Below are positions 29,173 through 42,838 of a stretch of DNA of 64,000 nucleotides, one piece after another; within the stretch, counting starts at the first letter, position 1; each line of letters begins with the position of its first letter. The notes below the pieces were generated by a model, which had not been told where the DNA came from, did not search any database, and saw only the letters and a list, made by a program, of their open reading frames with translations. The position numbers and the translations under genes were made by a program. The stretch is from Eledone cirrhosa. Its lineage: Eukaryota. Where the stretch lies: positions 354,020,001 through 354,084,000 of the forward strand of contig OZ024742.1 in NCBI GenBank assembly GCA_964016885.1. Direction: 5' to 3'.

Positions 29173-30635
29173 ATGAGCCAAGAAACATTTTAAGAAACAG
29201 AAAATAAATTAAATTTGACACAACCACATCCTATAAAACCAAACCTAGGTCCAGATAGATATTGCAATTAACAAGGGAATAATGACAGATTCGTTATGCT
29301 ATATGCTACAATGAAATATTAAGTAAAATTAACAATGAATTCAGAACTGAACTGAAATAAAAAAAAATACGTATTACAGTCATCATGATAGTTCCTACTG
29401 TAACTGAATATTTCAACATATTCACCTGAGATTAAAACACATATATACATCTTACGGCCGATGTTGATAGTCTTCAATTATCTAAAGCAAGTGGACAGGG
29501 GAGTTGTCCAAATTGGACCTCTGCATATAAAACAACATACACGTTACAAAGAATAAAACCTATATTTAATAGAAACGAAAACAAACCCATCTATATCATA
29601 GGTATTATCTGCTAAGTTAAGACAATCAAGAGTAATTACACTAAGAAAGAATTGGCGCCGAAAACCATTCTAAAGGAAATAACCTATAGAAGCCAGCATG
29701 TATAGGTAAAGAAGATATTGAATGAGTCACACAAGAAACACAAAGCCAAAGATTACTTACCAGAAAATGTCTAGGCTTGTCTTTAAAATATAGTTATTCA
29801 AACACATCGATTGTATGACCAATATAATGAAGCAATAGGCATTATTTGAGACGGTCCAGTATAGGCAACAAATGTAAACACTCTGTCCTGTCAGAGTAAA
29901 CTAATAATAACACTGGACATTATTCAACCACTACATTATAAATATATCATATATTCTCTACATAACAAAATAAACACTAAAACAAAATCGGAAACAATGG
30001 GGAACCCGCAGAAGAAACGGAACCGATGCAGCAAAAAAGTTCTGAAGTTATACCCACCTGACATTACAAAAGCAATAAAACACAGATCATCTAAACCAAT
30101 TTGAAAGTATATGATAAATACTGTACCATAATTTTCTTGTGTCTCATAATTTCTTCCAGTCATCTCGCAAATAGAAAAACAAAACGTTCTAAAACCTAAC
30201 TAAACATATTATGTTTTGTCTGCTTTTATTGCATCTAAAGGGAACTAACTTTATTGTGTTCGCTCAACATCGATTTTAAATGTTTTTATGAATAAGACTA
30301 TTACGATAGATACCTAAACTTATATATATATATATAAATTGTACACATACATTACTAGAGTATTTTACATATATACCTTGTAGCCAACCTATTTTAGCGG
30401 CGTTTATGATATTGCACAGCAAACTATATTTTTACTTACAATATGGTAAATAACACTTTTTTTCTATAAAATAGGTGCTTGAAAACGGGGGCGATTAAAT
30501 TACTATAAAGCCCTTCTTCATCAAGATGAATCATAACACATTTATCACATTTCTCATATATAAACAAGGGCACCAGTCTACAAAAACCTGAATATTAAAT
30601 AATGTACCAGCCATGTACTCTGGTCGAAATAATAA

Positions 30636-30837
30636 TAGTTTCTACATTTGGCACAAAGCCAGCAATTGGAAGGGAAGAGAAAAGTCGATTAAATCGATCC
30701 AATTGCCTTAATACTGTTTTATCTTATCGACCCCGTAAGGATAAAAGGAAAAGCTAAACTCAACTTGATTTGAACTCAGAACGTAAAAGGCCGCAATTCT
30801 ATGTCCGACGCTCTACCGATAATGCTAATCCACCGCC
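30636..30837 (-). mobile_element. MetaSINE-like SINE, diverged
   Basis: Aligns by eye to 24834-25023. Confidence 0.8.
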
Positions 30838-31314
30838 ATTATGAAAACATTATTGTAATATCTATTCAAGTGTGATAGAACTTGCCCGAGAAACGAAGAA
30901 GAAGATGTTTCTATCCATTTCGAACTGTTGCAGTTGACGCCACGAGAATAAGTTTGATTTCTATTCTTATTTTACCGTTTACTATCAGCGATATTATTAC
31001 TACTCCCTTCCATGAATTTGAGAATTATCATAGCATTTGTTTTGAATGTAGTGTGAGCAAAGCATATACGTTCCTTGTTAAGACATTCGCCTGCTCCTAG
31101 GTTATAAGAAACCATGGAGAAATATGCAACCAAAGATATTTTTTTCAGAAATATGTCTTAGAGTAAAACCATGTTTTCCTATGGCTTAGATGGGAACTTT
31201 ACGTTTTCTCTATTTCGTTGAACGATATTTTAAAAAAGAAAAACCTGATTATCCAGAAATGCTTCACAACAATTCACTTATATATTTCACAAAAAGTTCG
31301 CACATGGCATAATA

Positions 31315-31378
<64 letters not shown>

Positions 31379-31389
31379 GCTGCTGCTAT

Positions 31390-31800
31390 TCTATCGGCCT
31401 CTTTTGTCGGTTTTTCGCAGCATCCTGCATCAGCAAAAGAATATCTTAGTAAGCTGTCGAGGCGGGATCTACATTCCGCTCCCGTCTCCGGCCCCGAACA
31501 TCCATACAAAGTGCAGGTGAAAAACATACACATTTACTTCGAGAGAAGCAGCACGCGCCAGTCTTTGTCTATCAATGGCATAGTTATGGATTTATTGCCA
31601 CGCTCTGCCCCTGCCACTCGGGCCCGCCGAATGGGTTTTGGTCTTTCTTTTCTTAGAGCACGTGCCTTAGATACGAAAATGCATCCTTCGTGTTTCACGT
31701 TGATGTCGTATGTCATTCTAGCATCTAGAACATCGGCTGCAAGGCCACTCATAGTCGCCTCTTCTAATTTACTTGCTAAGTCTCAGTTATTTGCCACTCG
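31390..31800 (-). mobile_element. Old Tx1-like ORF2 fragment next to (TAC)n
   Basis: NVKHEGCIFVSKARALRKE..AERGNK matches ORF2 NAKHEGCVVRARVRALRHE..RRGNK; (TAC)n at ~31315-31378. Confidence 0.75.
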
Positions 31801-32019
31801 TTAATTCTGAACTAAATGCTAATGATTCTAGTGTAAACGCTCTTTACAGTCAACCCATCAGCTCTTGTTGATAAACGTTACTGTTAATTAGTGCTTAACT
31901 GTTGAGAGTCTGGTTTTAATCCCCTTTTTATATACATTGTGGGAAGAAATCTATTGAATATATTTATTTCCCACATCTATACTAGTTAGGCGATATTCAT
32001 TTATGCTCTGTCCTAAGAA

Positions 32020-32372
32020 ACTTCCATCATTTGCAGCAGGGAATGACCATCATCCAGTTCCAAGGTGGGAAACCCCTCGTCTGGGATGTCACTTGCAGCG
32101 ACAGATTCTCCAGCCGCAAACTTGTGCAGTCTGCGACTAACCCAGGTATTTCTCAACGTCGGTCGCTCTCCGACAGGTTCGCGGTCGTGCCCTTGGCAGT
32201 GGAGACTTCTGGCGTCCATGGCTACCTCTCTATTCACTTCCATAGGCGCTGAGGTGGCCAGACGCCGATGTGAGCCTCGCGAGTTGAAATGACTCTTCCA
32301 GCGCATCTCTCATACCATCCTCCAGGGAAACGCCGTGACCATCCTGTCCGCCGGGGCTGTGGGGAGGCCAGC
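32020..32372 (+). mobile_element. CRE-clade-like RLE retrotransposon 3' fragment
   Basis: GGKPLVWDVTC, PLAVETSG, FQRIS..ILQGNA. Related pieces at 33265-33409 (-) and 49185-49345 (-). Confidence 0.68.
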
Positions 32373-32565
32373 AGGTGGTACACCATTTGCTCACTATACG
32401 GTTTAATAGGCAAAGTTATAAACTATTGTTTCTAACGGGCGTAAGTTGGTGTTACAGATCTGTCGTTTTCCGTTTTCACCAGATGTATTAGTGATGTGAT
32501 AGAGAGGAGGTAATTCTGGTTATTTTGTTGTTTTCGGTGTTTTTGACGACGTCATATTACCCGAA

Positions 32566-32904
32566 TGCCGAGGATGGCTCTGAACATTAATCAGTATATA
32601 CTGAGGATGAAAAACTCAGAGCTGTATGGGAGCCTCCCAAAAGTCAGCTCAAAAGTGACACAGAGGAGACTGAGGTTAGCTGGACATGGTCACCGACATC
32701 CAGAGTTGACATTGCATTCAGTGCTCCTATGGGAGCCCCTACATGTACACCCTGGAAGGGGAAGACCCAGGTTAACGTATGTTGATTCCCTAAGGACAGA
32801 CACTGGTCTTTTGGAGACCCAGGACATGGCAGCGATAATGAGCGACAGAGACCGCTGGAGAGAACTCGTCCATGGATCTCGGGAATTTTACCCGCCCTAG
32901 ATAG
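32566..32904 (+). mobile_element. RTE-clade LINE 3' fragment with 12-bp TSD
   Basis: RRLRLAGH..LLWEP..GRGRPRLTYVD; (TAGA) tail; TSD atattacccgaa at 32554-32565 and 32905-32916. A second copy lies at ~44950-45105 (-). Confidence 0.88.
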
Positions 32905-33408
32905 ATATTACCCGAACAAGTATGAACGAAAATCAGCTCTATAATGACATGTTCCTGATATTGTCACATGAACGTTATTAACAATCAGATATAGATATTG
33001 TCACCGATATACACGTGTTTGTCACACGTATTTCCACGTAGAGAAAATTGTGGAATCAATATATAGGAAACGGTAACTCAGCAGAAATATTCTGCAAGGA
33101 ACTGTAGAATAATTGGAATGTATCGATAAGCAATTAAGCTAGTTATTTCTGCAGCCAAGAAAACTTTCTTTAAAGTTTGTAAAAACGGGAATCTGGCTAC
33201 AAATACACAGATGTATGATTATATCTACAACACAGAATGAATCATATTTAACTGGTTATGTCTAAAAACATCTGACTGATGACATGACAATCAGTCAATC
33301 ATATTGGTGGCCTCCCCACAGCCCCGGTGGACAGAATGGAGAAGGCGTTTCCCCGGAGAACGGCAAGCCACTCTAGCTCGCGAGGCTCACACCTGCGGCT
33401 GACCTGCA

Positions 33409-33482
<74 letters not shown>

Positions 33483-33647
33483 GGAAGAAGACGCACGAGG
33501 TGACGGAGGTCATGAAATCGCTCCCGTAAGTTTTGAATTTTTAACATATTTAAATCATTTGTGAAATAACAACTCTTAGTACAAATGCTACGTAAAGCAC
33601 CCGGCTTGAGCCCCACAAAAATTCGGACCCAAAATATATTGTTATAA

Positions 33648-34296
33648 GGCTCAAATATTCAAATATTCAACTTTGTATTGTACACTGTATATCCAAAAAA
33701 AAATGGCTATAAATGGAAGAAGAAGAACCCCCCCCCCCCCCCTCCTCTCCTCTGGCTACACTATATAGGACAGCTAAACTCACCAACACCAGAAACTAGA
33801 TACACCACCCACCCCATCATCTGTGTACACTAAACACAACAGCATTTTCACCTTCACCGCCACCGCTCACTACGGCCATCATTACCACCACTATCCCATC
33901 ACCGCCGCCACCACCCCTTGACTCATTCACTGCTGCTGCCACCGCTACAGCACCATCACTACAGTAATACGGCTCAAATATTCAAATATTCAACTTTGTA
34001 TTGTACACTGTATATCCAAAAAAAAATAAAATGGCTATAAATGGAAGAAGAAGAACCCCCCCCCCCCCTCCTCTCCTCTGGCTACACTATATAGGACAGC
34101 GAAACTCACCAACACCAGAAACTAGATACACCACCCACCCCATCATCTGTGTACACTAAACACAACAGCATTTTCACCTTCACCGCCACCGCTCACTACG
34201 GCCATCATTACCACCACTATCCCATCACCGCCGCCACCACCCCCTGACTCCTTCACTGCTGCTGCCACCGCTACAGCACCATCACTACAGTAATAC
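33648..34296. repeat. ~324-bp near-perfect tandem duplication in the Dong-A 5' UTR
   Basis: 33648-33970 is repeated at 33971-34296, with gg at the junctions. Confidence 0.93.
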
Positions 34297-34867
34297 GGTC
34301 GCATCACCGCCACCACTGCCTCGGTATCGACATCACCACCACCACTGTCTCAGTATCGCCAACGCCGCCAGTCTCTGCTGGCTACCACTTCCACATTATA
34401 GAATTCCTACTACTAACAAAGAGGAAGGCATCAAAATATATAGATAGACTCAAAAGAAAAAAGAAAAAACAAACAACAAAAGCAGCACAGCAACAACAGT
34501 AAAAAACGAGAAAAACAGAGAAAAACAAAAACAAAAAAAGAAACCCCAAAAACGTAAAGAAAATAAGAATGAAGAGAGAAGCAGGCGGACGGACAGAGAA
34601 GAGGGGGGAAGAAGTAAAACTTAAAAAACAAAAACTAAGTCAGACATTCGAATACTACATTACAATGAAACTTATGCTTATTCATTTTTGGGGCCCTTTC
34701 TGCCCGTGTGTTTGTTTGTTTATGTGTGTCCGTATACAGCGTGGTGATAATGCCACACAAGGGCCAAGTGGGATGGCGGATCCACAGATGGCTATGTAAA
34801 CATACATTCGCCAATCCTCGATAAGAGTGTTTAAATATCGAACATAAACAGTTCGAATAACGGTGAA

Positions 34868-37800
34868 ATGGAGACTAGAACGTCATGTGACAGACTCTCA
34901 CCCAACAGGTGCCCCCTGGCTCAGCAGCAGGAACCTGACTGTCAACCAAATACTGCTGATGTTGGAGGAAGAAGAAGAAGGAAAGGGGCCAGAACCAACT
35001 GGACGAAAGAATTGAATAGAACTGTTATGCAATGCTACCTGAAAAGTAACCCCAAGGATAGGGGCTACAGGAGACGGATGCATAACATCTGGAACGAGAT
35101 TGGTTTATTTAAATTAGATGAACAAAAATTGGCCGGGCAGGCTCGGGTAATAAGAACTAATGGGTGGATAAGCGAGCTGGAACTGGAGGAACTGAGCAGA
35201 GAGAATGGCTTGGAGATGGCGGGTGTAGTATGCCAGACAAGCGAGCCGGCGGGAAATGAAGGTGAGGAGGTCCTGAGAACGGAGGAACCACCCGAAGCAG
35301 ACAATGATCTGAATACTGAGATAAATAATACCTGGAACAGAGATACGGCCACTGAGGAGATGAATGCTGACGGGCTAGGACAAGATTCGGTTGACATCCT
35401 AAATTTAGTGGTAGATGAGTTGAACAATGATAGTGGGAGACCTATGAACCTAAGATTTGTAGACAGGAAAAAGTTAAAAGAAACAACAGCTAAGGTAAAC
35501 AAAGTAATCCCATACCTTGAGGCGAGGAGTCTTCACCAGTGCAACAATATCCTCAAAGCAACAGCAAATACGGTGAGGAAACTACTTGGTATAAAAGCGA
35601 GAGGAAACAGCAGACAAGAAAGAGCAGAGCCGTGGTGGAAGAAGCGACTGAGTGGGCAAATCGGGGAAATGAGAAATGACATAGGAAAGCTTGAGTCACT
35701 ACTGAATGGGACACTAAAAAACATAGGCACTAAAAATAGACTGGAAATAAAATACAAAACTAGGAGTAAAAAGCTAAATATTATCATAGAGGAATTGAAG
35801 CAACGCATTGTAGTAAAGAGTGCCAAAATCAGGCGATACGAGAACAGAGTCAGTCAGTATAAACAGAACCGCATGTTCGACAACAACCAGAAGATGCTGT
35901 TTGGACAGCTTGAGGGGAAAGAAAGAGGCAACGACTTGATCCCTGGGGCGGAACAAGCTAAAACATTCTGGAGAGGAATATGGGAGCAGGATGTTAGACA
36001 CAATGCCCAGGCAGGGTGGATTGAGACAGTACAGAGGGAGATCGGTGAGCAGGCACAGCAACAGACTGATTTGAGTATCACAGTTGAAACTCTTAAGGGA
36101 CAAGCCAACAAACTAACCAACTGGAAATCACCAGGCCCAGATGGTGTGCAGGGGTATTGGATTAAACATTTAACATCCCTCCACCCGAAGCTGACGGCCA
36201 TGTTCAATGACTGCTTGGTGTCGGGTGAGGTGCCAGAGTGGTTGACAAAAGGTACCACAGTTCTGATAATGAAAGAAAGAATCAAGGGTAATGATGTTAC
36301 CAACTATAGACCTATCACATGTCTGCCCGTAATGTGGAAACTGTTGACGAGCATTGTGTCTGAGGAAATCTACCATCACCTCCACACAAACAACTTGTTG
36401 CCGGACGAACAGAAAGGATGCCGAAAGAAGTCACGTGGTACAAAGGACCAGTTGCTTATTGATAAGATGGTAATGGGGAATTGCAGGAGGAGACACACTG
36501 ATCTTGCCATGGGATGGATAGACTACAGAAAGGCATTTGACATGGTGCCTCATTCCTGGATCACCAAAAGCCTGGAGATCTTCAGGGTGGCAGATAACAT
36601 CAGACAGTTGCTGGGCAGGAGTATGGGGTCCTGGGAGACAGAGTTGACATCAACTGGAGTATCCTTGGGAAGCGTGAAGATCAAGAGAGGTATCTTCCAG
36701 GGAGATAGCCTGTCCCCTCTGTTGTTTGTCCTTGCCCTGATGCCCTTGACCATTATGCTGCGAAAAGTGAGAGCAGGATACAAGTTGGGAAGGGGAGAGC
36801 TTACCATCAATCACCTCCTCTTCATGGACGATCTTAAGCTCTTCGGGAAAAGTGAGAAGGAGTTGGATGTGCTTGTTGACACTGTCCCTATTTTCAGCAG
36901 TGATATATGTATGCAGTTTGGTATTGGTAAATGTGGAGTCATTGTGATGAGGAGGGGTAGGTTGAGCAGAAGTAACGGGATCCAGATACCAACAGGTGAG
37001 ATGATAAAGGAAATTGACTCTGAGGAAGGATACAAGTATTTGGGCGTTCTGGAGGCTGATGGCATAAAGAACAAAAAAATGAAGGAATTGTTAAGAACTG
37101 AATACATTCGGAGAGTAAGGAGCGTATTGAAGTCACATCTGAACAGCAGAAATGCCATAAGCGCAGTAAATTCCCGAGCTGTGTCTATTATTAGGTACAG
37201 TGCGGGAATTCTGAGATGGAATGTTGCTGAACAAAAAGAAATGGATAGGAAGACTAGGAAGCTATTGACTATCTACAACATGTTCCACAAGAGGAGTGAT
37301 GTCGATAGACTCTACCTAAGGAGATCTGAGGGTGGAAGAGGTCTTATCAGCATAGAGGACTGTGTTCAGATGGAGAAAAACAACCTATACAAATACGTGA
37401 CCTATAGTAAGGAGCCAATGCTCAGAGCTGTACTGAAGGAGGGGACAGTAGGCCAGGGGATACCCAAGGAGGAAATAACATCAAGGAGGAAGAGCAGCCT
37501 TAAGGGAAAATCCCTTCATAGTACCTTCTTTGAGAAAACTGAATTTAGAGATCCACAGACATGGAACTGGTTGAGAAGAGGAGACCTCAAAAAGGCTACA
37601 GAAGGAATGCTAATGGCTGCGCAGGAGCAGGCCCTCAAAACGAAGTGGTTGAAGCACCATATCTACAAGGAGGAGGCTAGCCCACTGTGCAGGATCTGTG
37701 GAGAAGGAGAGAGGAGACTGTGGCTCACATTGTGTCCGAGTGTAAACACCTAGCCCAGACCCACTATAAGGGCTGGAGACACGATGTGATGGGCAGGGTG

Positions 37801-38262
37801 ATCCACTGGCACCTGTGCAAAGTAAACAATCTACCACATTCTGAGAAATGGTATGAGCATAGGCCAGAGGCGGTGATGGAGAACAGTCAGGTGAAGGTGC
37901 TGTGGGATTTTAGGATACAGACGGACAAAAAACTGGAACACAATAGACCTGACCTGGTGGTTGTGGACAAAGAAAAAAGATCGTGCCTGATTGTGGATGT
38001 GGCCTGCCCGTTCGACACGAGAGTGCAAGAGAAGGAGAGGGAGAAAATTAACCGATACCAGGACCTAAAGTGGGAGGTGAAAAGGATTTGGAACTGCCAT
38101 GAAGTCAAAGTGATCCCGATTGTCATAGGCGCACTGGGGACTATCTCCAAAGGTTTCCAGGGATGGTTAAAGAAAATCGGCCCCTTCACGCTTTTTGGAA
38201 CGCTTCAAAAGGCATGCTTGCTTGGAACGGCAAGAACCCTCCGATACGTCCTGAATATCTGA
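34868..38262 (+). pseudogene. Dong-A polyprotein (Myb-like N-terminus, RT, CCHC, RLE) with a single frameshift at ~37705
   Basis: 961-aa and 191-aa ORFs overlap at a GA-rich tract. Motifs NWTKELN, WKSPGPDG, YRPITCL, QGDSLSP, FMDD, RHD, RPDL, KINRYQDL. Confidence 0.92.
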
Positions 38263-38348
38263 GGCTGCAGGTAGTGGCTTGATATTCAATCCAACGGACT
38301 TTCCAGTTAACCAACATCAATGACTGAGATTCAAGGAATAACAATAAC

Positions 38349-38395
<47 letters not shown>

Positions 38396-39556
38396 GGAGA
38401 AGAAGAAGAAGAAGAAGAAGAAGAAGAAGAAGAAGAAGAAGAAGAAGAAGAAGAAGAAGAAGAAGAAGAAGAAGAAATAGTAACTTTCAATATCATATCT
38501 TATTGAGGTTAAAATATTCAGTTCTTTGATCTAGTGAGAGAAAATAACGACACATTGTCCTCTTATGTACAATTATTGGACTGTTATAAAACATTCATAA
38601 TGCACCAACTTGCCAAGATATGTGTCGTTATGTCAGTTATATACAATTACGTATACTTAATAGATAAATATATGTTTATGTATTAGGACATTCAAACCCA
38701 TTAGTAAAACACAGCACACAAGACACCCAAATGCTGTGTCTGGTAATCTAGTGAAATCCCAGTTTAAAATTAAACGAATATTCGTAATAACTGCAATGTT
38801 TTAAGTAGAAGTTGATCATTTGCTTTCAAGACATTCACTGTATGTTTGAATCAGTAACAAAACAATATGTTAAAACAGAATTGACTCATATACAAATGGT
38901 ATAAGAGGTCAATCAGCAATGTCTTTTATATGGGCTGATTCACGTCATACGCTGCATATAATAAACAATAGAACAATTGCCACATAGAGTAAATGAATTA
39001 ACTACAGTCATTGATCTGAGACCCGGGTGAGGAAAATGCGCATAAACAACTCTGAAGCGAAGGAAATTAATTAACAACAATATTATCATGATAACAAAAG
39101 AGATAAAAGAGTTACACCAAACACAAAACTACAAATACTTAGTAATCAATGAACTTAGACGGACTATAGTAACCGCACTTGAAAGGAATATTATAGACAC
39201 ATTATATTAATACTTACACCAGAGCTCAATAGAAAAAAGGTATTAGGCGTCAATAATCTGAATGTAACAGTAATAATTTATAGTTATAATATTCTCAAAT
39301 GGACGATAAACGAATTAGCAAGACGAAGGAGAATAAATAAGAAACTAAATATGCTATTTAGAATACACAAAACAGCAGAGAGGCATAACAATAACACTTC
39401 TGATACAAATTTAGGGACACAAGGACTCAATGCAAATCGAAGTCTATTGTAATGTTCGTGTGGAAGATTACAGATACATTTAATAAGGAAACAATGAGAA
39501 AATAACTGAAAATAGAGATAATTGAGAAGATGGAAAGTTATTCCCCTATAGTTTGC

Positions 39557-39644
<88 letters not shown>

Positions 39645-39735
39645 TGAATAATTCAAAAAAACATTTTGCGGCAAATTCATTGTATTCTTATTGAGTATAA
39701 TTCTTGAATCGACAACCGGGGCCAGGACATCAGCA

Positions 39736-39779
<44 letters not shown>

Positions 39780-39781
<2 letters not shown>

Positions 39782-40186
39782 AAAGTTCTATTTAAAGTTG
39801 TTGGGATACAACAAGAAAATATTGTTATAACTGATATAAAGCACTCGACAAATTGTTGGAGTAGATATACGATATTAATAAATGGAAACTATATTTATAA
39901 AACCATATTTATTTCATTATACATATTTCAGGGATACCACATTAAATTATGGTATGCCTTCATCAGACAAAATACAATATATAATAGTTTTACAAATAGG
40001 TTTGACGTACCCTTTAACAGTAATGGTTGTATTTTAAAGGGTACGTCAAACCTATTTGTAAAACTGTTATATATTGTATTTTGTCTGATGAAGGCATACC
40101 ATAATTTAATGTGGTATCCCTAAAATATGTATAATGAAATAAATATTGTTTTATAAATATAGTTTCCATTTATTAATATCGTATAT
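39780..40186. mobile_element. Fold-back pseudo-LTR pair: 153-bp arms (39865-40017 / 40034-40186), 16-nt spacer, tail 39780-39864
   Basis: Reverse-complement match with ~3 mismatches; TA flanks. Confidence 0.92.
39910..39974 (-). ncRNA. Type I hammerhead motif (mirror + copy at 40077-40141 has GAAA>AAAA)
   Basis: tattttgt-CTGATGA-aggcataccat..gtggtatccct-GAAA-TATGTA-TA-atgaaata. Confidence 0.8.
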
Positions 40187-40230
40187 ATATATATATACAT
40201 ATTTGTGTAATAAACAGCATAAGGCAATTA

Positions 40231-40291
40231 TTTCATTTACAAGTGGTTTCTTAAAAGCAAACAAATTTTGCTTTCAATCATGAGAATGAAA
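40231..40291 (-). ncRNA. Mutated hammerhead motif at the outer end of the large inverted repeat (partner at 44688-44732 +)
   Basis: tttcatt-CTCATGA-ttgaaagcaaa..tttgcttttaa-GAAA-ccacttg-TA-aatgaaa. The partner has CTGATGA but lacks stem III and the cleavage site. Confidence 0.7.
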
Positions 40292-40618
40292 AAATACTGG
40301 TGTATTTATTGCCATTGGATTTAAAAATAAAAAAATATTATCTATATGAAAGTGAGGCTGGAAGAGGAAGAAGGAAAGGAAAAATAAACACACATGCAAC
40401 CACACACACGCACACACACAATTATATACATACACATATATATATACATACACACATACATACACACATACATATACATACACACATATATATATGTGTA
40501 TATATATACATACACATACATATACACGTAGATACATACATACATACTTATCAACATATCCATACATACACATACATACAAATACACAAACATGCATTCA
40601 CACACACACACATATACA

Positions 40619-40670
<52 letters not shown>

Positions 40671-40714
40671 AAAACATATATATACATAAATACACACACA
40701 TACATATATATACA

Positions 40715-41260
40715 CTTACTCAAAATGACCTCCCACTACCTAATTTTCTATATATATATATATGTATCTATCTCTATTTCCTCTCTCTCTCTCTATATAT
40801 ATATCTTTCTGTCTCTTTACATGAAGCTCTTCACTTTATCTATTTTTCCATCTCTCTATTTTGTTCCATGCATTTCTTCTTTTTCTTTTTCTTCTTTTTC
40901 TTCCTTTTCTTCGTTTTGTCTTTCTTTCTTTCGTTTTTTCCCTCTTTTCTTTCTCTCTTTCTTTCTCTCTGTATTTTCACTGCTAGACTAAACCTCTTCA
41001 AATGAAGTTGATGTTTATTACGGTATGTCGAATATATTTATCTATAAAACTGTTTATATTGTATTTTGTCTGATGAAGGCATAGCATATCGTTAATATGA
41101 TATCCCCGAAATATATATAATGAAATAAATATGGTTTTATAAATATAGTTTTCCATTTATTTAATATTGTAAATATACTCCAAATATTTGTCGAGTGCTT
41201 TTATATCAGTTATAAATATTTACTAGTTGTAACCCAACAATTTTAAATATAACTTTACAT
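40715..41260 (+). mobile_element. PLE-like 3' UTR + pseudo-LTR with intact HHR (41062-41127)
   Basis: tattttgt-CTGATGA-aggcat..atcccc-GAAA-TATATA-TA-atgaaata; homologous to 39780-40017; absent from the right arm. Confidence 0.75.
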
Positions 41261-41749
41261 GTATATATACACATATATATATATATACACATACATATAC
41301 ATACATATTTACATACACATACATACATACATACACACACTCAACATATATACACACGTATATACATACACATACATACGCACATATATACACGCATAGA
41401 TACGCATTCACAAATATAATGAATATGTACACACACCTACATACTCACACACACAAATAATTATAAGAAAAAATATAATAATAAAAATACCGTCACATAA
41501 GAATAAAAATGAACATAAATATTATTATAGTGTTGACAGCGATACAGGCAGCAAATAAATGAACACACGTGGTAAGCAATACACACAATTGCACGTACAC
41601 ATACACACGTAAAAATAAATACGCACACTCTCACACATAAACATACATATACACACACACATATACACACATACAAATACACATATACACACACAAACAC
41701 ACACATATACATTTATACACTCACATGCATATATATATAAATATACATA

Positions 41750-41813
<64 letters not shown>

Positions 41814-41993
41814 CATACAATCCATACATACATACACATACATATATATACATACCTATCACAAACACATACATACGAATACAAACACACACATATATGT
41901 ATGTGTGTAAAACTCATTCTTAGATGTATTCATATGAATCTTGTTTAACTCTAAAATACATATATATATAGACACATATATACATATACATAT

Positions 41994-42026
<33 letters not shown>

Positions 42027-42596
42027 CCTACACACACATATATATACAAATACATATGCATGCATTCATACACACACACACATATAATTATATATATAGA
42101 AAAAACATAAATATTATATATATAAAAAAAAACTAAATATTGTATATATACAAATAAAAAAGTTGGGAATCCGACAAATAAATAAAAAAATAATTAGAAA
42201 AGGGTATAACTGTTTATAGCTGATTTAGAGCACTCAACAAATTCCTGGAGCAAATGATCATTGAAAATAAGCATTAAATCACTGTATGTAATTATGCATA
42301 TACATACACACACACATATACATATATATATATATATATATATACATATATATATACACATACACACCCACACACAAACACAACCACAGAAATACACACA
42401 CACATACATACACATACATACATATACGTATATATATAAACACACATAGGAAAAAGTCTGACCCCACGGCAGAGCTCAAGCCGTTTCTGAGGCTATTATA
42501 TATATACACACAAAACCATTATATAAAGATACATGTACACCACAAATATACACACGCCCACCCTCACGCATTGCATATATATATACACACATACAT

Positions 42597-42640
<44 letters not shown>

Positions 42641-42838
42641 CGAAGGAAATGTGGTAAGGAACCAGGTGGACCATAACGCACCAACGTACTCAATACTTGA
42701 GGTAGTAGAGTGGGTAATAGGAACCAGTAAGACCCCGACAGCTGAGCTCAAGCCGTTTCGACGGCTAATTCTGGACTAAAAGCGTCCAGAATTAGCCGTC
42801 GAAACGGCTTGAACTCAGCTGTCGGGGTCTTACTGGTT

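Larger units (their letters stand above)
33483..38340 (+). mobile_element. Full-length Dong family A element between (TAA)n tracts
   Basis: 5' start and 5' UTR shared with the copy at 50887; near-intact ORF; 3' UTR ending tcaaggaata; followed by (TAA)n(GAA)n. Confidence 0.9.

Noticed and set aside
29360-30170. Possible minus-strand host exons with AG/GT boundaries
   Set aside because: One candidate has stops in all three frames and the others give no recognisable protein. Not supportable without RNA data.
38990-39500. Very old Penelope RT remnant
   Set aside because: Only a faint IMITK.DK-like trace, too degenerate to call.
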